A DNA stretch of 31,502 nucleotides, taken from NCBI GenBank assembly GCA_937873165.1, contig CALMVH010000206.1:1-31502 (forward strand), written 5' to 3'. The stretch is from an uncultured Rhodospirillales bacterium. GTDB lineage: Bacteria > Pseudomonadota > Alphaproteobacteria > CALMVH01. Below the pieces are notes generated by a model. That model searched no databases, was not told the origin of the DNA, and worked only from the letters and a program-made list of their open reading frames with translations. The translations under genes and the position numbers were made by a program. Each line of letters opens with the position of its first letter. The first letter of the stretch is position 1. Below, piece by piece: positions 27,640-31,502 of the stretch.

Positions 27640-29088
27640 TCAGAAACTCCGGCCCGCCGAGCTTTCGGACAAATTGGCTCGAACTTCATCCAGTGAGTAC
27701 GGCCGTGTGCATTGTCCATTGCGGAAAACTTCCTGCAACTCGCCGGTCGCTTCCTCGGCGTCGTTCACCTGGTCCTTCGTGACGTAGCCTCCGAGGCCAT
27801 CGCGCGTCAGGGTCATGAGGCCCCGCTTGCTTTTCTTTGAGGGATCGGTGGCCGGATCCTTGTAGATTTCGACCTTCTCGCCGTGCTGGCGCACGATGCG
27901 GGTCGCCTTGACGGAAAATGCCAGTTCGTCGCGGTTGTGGTTTTGCAGCAACAGGCCGCCCACGCCGATCACCAGGTTGCTGCTGGCAAAGCCCAGTGTT
28001 TCCATGCGGGCGAGGATGGTTTCGAAACGCTCGTAGTACATGCCATCGCCATAGATCAAGCCAACGTGGCTATCGAGGACGCGGTAGCCCTTGCTGTTTA
28101 CCGTGCCGCCGAAAACGTCCCACAGCAGTTCGAGCGAGCCCTTGATCTCGGGAGAGGCACCCTCGGACGGTGCCCCATCGGCCTGCGGGATACCGCAAAT
28201 GATGTCTTCCGGCGTGCCGCTGTCGGGCCGGAACACCACCTTGCCCTGCCGGGCCATGATCCGGTCGCGGCGGCGCGGGGCGTAGTCGGTCAGGATCTTG
28301 AAATAATCGTACGTATCGCTGACGATGCTCACCACCCCGGCCGGGTAGAGGTCCAGCATGCGGTCGAAGGCCTCATATTCGCCGTCGCGGCCGAAGCTGC
28401 ACATCACGCTGTGTTCGCTGGCGGGCACGCTGCGGCCCTTCACCGATCCGGCGGCGTCGTAGAACTTGTCGAGGAACCAGTTGGCGATCACCGTGTCGCT
28501 GCCCTGGAAATTCAGCAGGTGGGCAGCGCCGCTGATGGCCGCCGTTTCCTCCGAGCTTACCCCGCGGTAACCGAAATCGTGCACCTGGTAGGGAATGTGG
28601 TCCAGGGTGTCGCATGTCCGCTCGGCGTAGCGCAGTACCAGCTCGTGGAACTTGCGGCTGTGCGTTGCGACCGTGCAGGAGTTCCAGACTTTCAGCAGCA
28701 GGCTTTCCACAAACCCCACGCACCAGAAGAATTCGGGTCTGGTGTTGCGGATGCTGAAGAGGATGTTGCGGCTGCCGAGGCGGGTGCCTTCGGGCACGGC
28801 CTTGATGCTGAGCGGCCAGTACCCGAGATCGGTCAGCGCCCGGATCTTTTCCTGAACGGAAGGGGATGGCTCGCCCAGGATCTCGCGGTGGTACTGCAGG
28901 AACTCCTCTCCGTTCTTGCGCGTCAGCGGCTTCGACAGGTACTCCATGAGAATGTATTGCAGGCCAAAGAACACAACCGGCTGGTTCGGCTTGCGCGCTT
29001 CGAGGTAGCTGTACACCTCGACGGTATCGCCGGGGTATTGCTCCATGTGGCCCATCTTGTAGACGTCGGTCAGTAGCAGGGGATTCAT
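27640..29088 (-). CDS. nadV: Nicotinamide phosphoribosyltransferase (NadV/NAMPT family)
   Basis: TDVYKMGHMEQYP, HDFGYRGVSS, AHLLNFQGSDT (Asp at the nicotinamide-specificity position), PASEHS, VSDTYD, RPDSG, YGDGM; GGAGGA SD. The real start is internal to the 567-aa ORF call. Confidence 0.9.
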   Translation of the reverse strand: MNPLLLTDVYKMGHMEQYPGDTVEVYSYLEARKPNQPVVFFGLQYILMEYLSKPLTRKNGEEFLQYHREILGEPSPSVQEKIRALTDLGYWPLSIKAVPEGTRLGSRNILFSIRNTRPEFFWCVGFVESLLLKVWNSCTVATHSRKFHELVLRYAERTCDTLDHIPYQVHDFGYRGVSSEETAAISGAAHLLNFQGSDTVIANWFLDKFYDAAGSVKGRSVPASEHSVMCSFGRDGEYEAFDRMLDLYPAGVVSIVSDTYDYFKILTDYAPRRRDRIMARQGKVVFRPDSGTPEDIICGIPQADGAPSEGASPEIKGSLELLWDVFGGTVNSKGYRVLDSHVGLIYGDGMYYERFETILARMETLGFASSNLVIGVGGLLLQNHNRDELAFSVKATRIVRQHGEKVEIYKDPATDPSKKSKRGLMTLTRDGLGGYVTKDQVNDAEEATGELQEVFRNGQCTRPYSLDEVRANLSESSAGRSF

Positions 29089-29879
29089 GGCTGTTCCTCC
29101 GTGATGAAATCGTTCAGGATTTGCTGCGCGCTCGACACCGTCAGGCCCTCCCGCGGTGTTTGCGGAAAGCTGTCGGTCGTATGGATCGCCTCGATCCCCG
29201 CCTCGAACAGCCGTTCGATGCCTTTGGTGAAGATGCCGTGGGTAATCGCCAGGCTGATGCTGCGCGCGCCGTGCCGCCGGAGATAGTCCGCCAGCATGAT
29301 AAACGTGCCACCGGCATCGCAGATATCGTCGGCGATCAGGCACTCGCGGCCTTCAACCGCGCCGAAGATGCCTTCGATCTCCAGGCTTCCCGTCGCAGTA
29401 TCCCGATGCTTCAGGGCGGTTGCGACGCTGGCAAAGGCGGGCGCGTACGCGGTCGCCTTTTTGACCGCGCCCTGATCGGGTATTACCAATGTCATCTCGC
29501 CTGTCCGCGCCTCCAGCGCCGGTATGACAAATCGCGATTGCGGCACGTTTACCAGCCGGTCGATGCAGGCGAAAGCAACGTCCGAGTGGGCATCCAGCGT
29601 GTAGATGCGGCGGCAGGGCGCGGCATTCAGCAGGCTGCCAACGACTTTCAGCGAAAACGGCTCTGCCTTGCTGGTGGGGCGATCCTGCCTGCCATACGGC
29701 AGGTATGGCAGAAACAGATCGAAGGGTTGCCCATCGCGCGCACGGTGATTGGCATCGCATGCCAGCAGCACGGACATCAGGTAGTCGTTGAGGTTCGGCT
29801 GCATCGGCAGGAACAGCAGCTCCTCCCGGCCATCCAGCTTGCAGTGCGCTTCGCCTGCGGGAAACTTGAAAACATTCAT
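29085..29879 (-). CDS. prs: Ribose-phosphate pyrophosphokinase-like protein (short Prs/Adps-type, 264 aa)
   Basis: FKFPAGE, PYLPYGRQDR, LDAHS, PDQGA, K.RD, DDICDAGGTF; ATGA overlaps on both sides. Confidence 0.88.
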   Translation of the reverse strand: MNVFKFPAGEAHCKLDGREELLFLPMQPNLNDYLMSVLLACDANHRARDGQPFDLFLPYLPYGRQDRPTSKAEPFSLKVVGSLLNAAPCRRIYTLDAHSDVAFACIDRLVNVPQSRFVIPALEARTGEMTLVIPDQGAVKKATAYAPAFASVATALKHRDTATGSLEIEGIFGAVEGRECLIADDICDAGGTFIMLADYLRRHGARSISLAITHGIFTKGIERLFEAGIEAIHTTDSFPQTPREGLTVSSAQQILNDFITEEQP

Positions 29880-30580
29880 ATCGTTCGTCCCAGGAAAGGA
29901 GTGGCATCGGAGCGTATGCGGTAGAGCTGCGAGGGCCGGTTGCTGGCGTGGCGCATTTCGCCGGGCACCGGCTCCAGCAGGCCGGCATCGGCCATCTTCT
30001 TGCGGAAGGCGGACTTGTCCAGCCGACGGTCTAGGATCTGCTCGTACACCGATTGCAGGTCGGGCAGGGTGAACTTCGCCGGCAGCAGATGCGCCGGCAG
30101 GATGGTATATTCCACCTTGCCGCGCAGGCGTTCGAGTCCTGTCCGCAGAATCAGGTCGTGATCGAAGGCGAGAACAGGCCGGGTCTCGACGGGGTGCCAC
30201 GCCACATCCTCGGCATTGGCGCCGCTTTGCAGCGCCAGCTGTTCGGAGGCAATCAGCGCAAAGTACGCAAAGGTCGCGGTCCAGCCGCGCGGGTCGCGCC
30301 GGGCGTTGCCAAAGCCTTGCAGTTGCTCGATGTAGGGTGTCGCGACGGCTGTCTTGCTGCCAAGGATACGCGCCGCCGCCCCGTCGAGGCTCTCGTCCTC
30401 GTCCGGCCGGACATAGCCGCCCGGCAAGGCCCACATGCCTTCGAAAGGCGGTACCGCGCGCTGCATCAACAGGACCTGCAACTGCCCTTCGCGCAGCGTG
30501 AAGATCACCAGATCCACCGTAACGAAGGGCCGGGGACACTGGGCTGGGGAAATGTCTTGCGAGGCACTCGCTTTGGTCAT
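29876..30580 (-). CDS. nrtR: NrtR family Nudix-related transcriptional regulator
   Basis: VTVDLVIFT, WALPGG, degenerate Nudix box (AARILGSKT instead of RELxEETG), EQL..F...RDPRG, LAFDH, wHTH FTLPDLQ.VYE.IL...DK..FRKK. Confidence 0.93.
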   Translation of the reverse strand: MTKASASQDISPAQCPRPFVTVDLVIFTLREGQLQVLLMQRAVPPFEGMWALPGGYVRPDEDESLDGAAARILGSKTAVATPYIEQLQGFGNARRDPRGWTATFAYFALIASEQLALQSGANAEDVAWHPVETRPVLAFDHDLILRTGLERLRGKVEYTILPAHLLPAKFTLPDLQSVYEQILDRRLDKSAFRKKMADAGLLEPVPGEMRHASNRPSQLYRIRSDATPFLGRTI

Positions 30581-30586
30581 GACCCA

Positions 30587-30629
30587 CGGAAACATACTTA
30601 GTTGTTATAGTCAACTAAGTATGTTTCCG
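30587..30629. promoter_or_regulatory. Perfect 18-bp inverted repeat with a 7-nt spacer; putative NrtR operator
   Basis: CGGAAACATACTTAGTTG-ttatagt-CAACTAAGTATGTTTCCG, 6 nt upstream of the nrtR ATG. Confidence 0.75.
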
Positions 30630-30634
30630 CCTAC

Positions 30635-30667
30635 AAAGAAAAAAGCGGAACCAAGCGGCCCCGCTTT
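30635..30667 (-). terminator. Rho-independent terminator after the DUF3597 gene
   Basis: Minus strand AAAGCGGGGCC-GCTT-GGTTCCGCTTT followed by TTTCTTT. Confidence 0.8.
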
Positions 30668-30689
30668 CTCCATCTTGTCTGTTCGCGGG

Positions 30690-31127
30690 TTACGCGGCTT
30701 TCAGACTATCCGGCACCCGTCCGCCGTTCTCGGCAAGCTTTTGCATGACCTGCTTGTGCAGCCACACGTTCATAGAAGCTGAGTCACCCGTATCGCCGGT
30801 ATAGTTCAGCTCCTTCGCCAGTTCCTTGCGGGCTTCCAGGCTGCTGTCAAGGTCAAGCAGCTTCAGCAGGTCGACGATCGACTGTTCCCAGTTCAGCTTT
30901 TCGCCCTTCTTGGCGGCGAGCCCGGTCAGGACCGCGTGCACATCGACCTGTTGCAGCGGCGCGGTCTCCGGCTGCGAAGGCTGTGCCTGCGTCGTTGGCT
31001 GCTGCGGAGCAGGCTGCGCCGCGGAAGCCGTCTGTGCTCCCGGCGCGGTGGAAGGCTGGGGCATCGCCGTCGAGATCTGCCCGGACGCATGGAAGATCTT
31101 GGAGATGATGGATCCGAGTATGCTCAT
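30690..31127 (-). CDS. DUF3597 family protein
   Basis: MSILGSI.SKIF, Ala/Pro/Gln linker, VDV..VL, LNWEQSIVDLLKLLDLDSSL.AR.ELA.EL.Y.GD..DSA.MNVWLH. Confidence 0.9.
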   Translation of the reverse strand: MSILGSIISKIFHASGQISTAMPQPSTAPGAQTASAAQPAPQQPTTQAQPSQPETAPLQQVDVHAVLTGLAAKKGEKLNWEQSIVDLLKLLDLDSSLEARKELAKELNYTGDTGDSASMNVWLHKQVMQKLAENGGRVPDSLKAA

Positions 31128-31160
31128 AATGGCCTCGTAATAGCCGTGAGTAGAAGGAAG

Positions 31161-31502
31161 TTACGCAGCCGCCGGGATGTGCATGTCCTGCGCGCTGGGC
31201 ATGGCGCCATTCGGCGTCAGGCGATCTATCAAGCTTGGAAGGATGCGCGCGACTTCGCTCACCACATCGTTCGGCGCCATACCGGTCTGCTGGGACATCG
31301 ACTGGACCTGATCGTCTCCCAACGCGCTGTGAACCTGCTCCGGGCTGATCGCCTGGTTGGTTCCGCTGCCCACCCACGATTGGGCGAGGTGACCCAGTCC
31401 GGCTTGCTCGAACCGTCCCAGCAGACCCGACAAGGGACTGGCGTTGCCTTGTGCCAACATGCCGCCGCCCGAATTGGTTATCATCGAGATCAGCGCCGGC
31501 AG
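31161..31502 (-). CDS. YidB/DUF937 family protein, N-terminus beyond the window
   Basis: GL.GLL.RF.QAGLG..AQSWVG.G.NQ.IS, LP.LIDRLTP.G; the frame stays open to the window edge. Confidence 0.88.
   Translation of the reverse strand: MPALISMITNSGGGMLAQGNASPLSGLLGRFEQAGLGHLAQSWVGSGTNQAISPEQVHSALGDDQVQSMSQQTGMAPNDVVSEVARILPSLIDRLTPNGAMPSAQDMHIPAAA

Noticed and set aside
383-30614. Many long antisense or alternate-frame ORFs in the track (e.g. 383..1486-, 8145..9884+, 8824..10764-, 10011..11510+, 15923..17737-, 27883..29076+)
   Set aside because: They are shadows of genuine high-GC genes on the other strand or frame and have no recognisable motifs.
27640-30614. Apparent N-terminal extensions or fusions of nadV (567 aa) and prs (509 aa)
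   Set aside because: The extensions overlap the upstream genes in other frames. Internal ATGs at 29088 and 29879 have ATGA coupling, and nadV also has a clear SD.
1-31502. CRISPR arrays, IS/transposases, integrases, rRNA, riboswitches
   Set aside because: None seen: no regularly spaced repeats, no DDE or recombinase motifs, and no recognisable structured RNA other than the tRNA.

Overview
GC-rich alphaproteobacterial chromosomal window, mostly housekeeping genes: hflK (partial), mrp, ftsK, sppA, aroC, fabI, pdxH, a CDF transporter, sdhCDA, bcp and tRNA-Ile2(CAT). Several accessory patches interrupt them. The main candidate novel system is a two-gene operon (24810-26632) encoding a nicotianamine-synthase-family enzyme and a DcsG-like ATP-grasp ligase. 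It lies directly behind a 15/19-match Fur box and has no opine dehydrogenase or transporter next to it, which suggests an undescribed iron-regulated nicotianamine-like metabolite or metallophore pathway. Second, an nrtR-prs-nadV cassette has the same enzyme pairing as the phage NARP1 NAD+ reconstitution pathway and is preceded by a perfect 18-bp inverted repeat. Third, sdhB is missing after sdhA and an AT-rich, apparently frameshifted membrane ORF sits in its place. Small AT-rich membrane ORFs also follow ftsK. All calls come from motif recognition by eye; no database searches were run.
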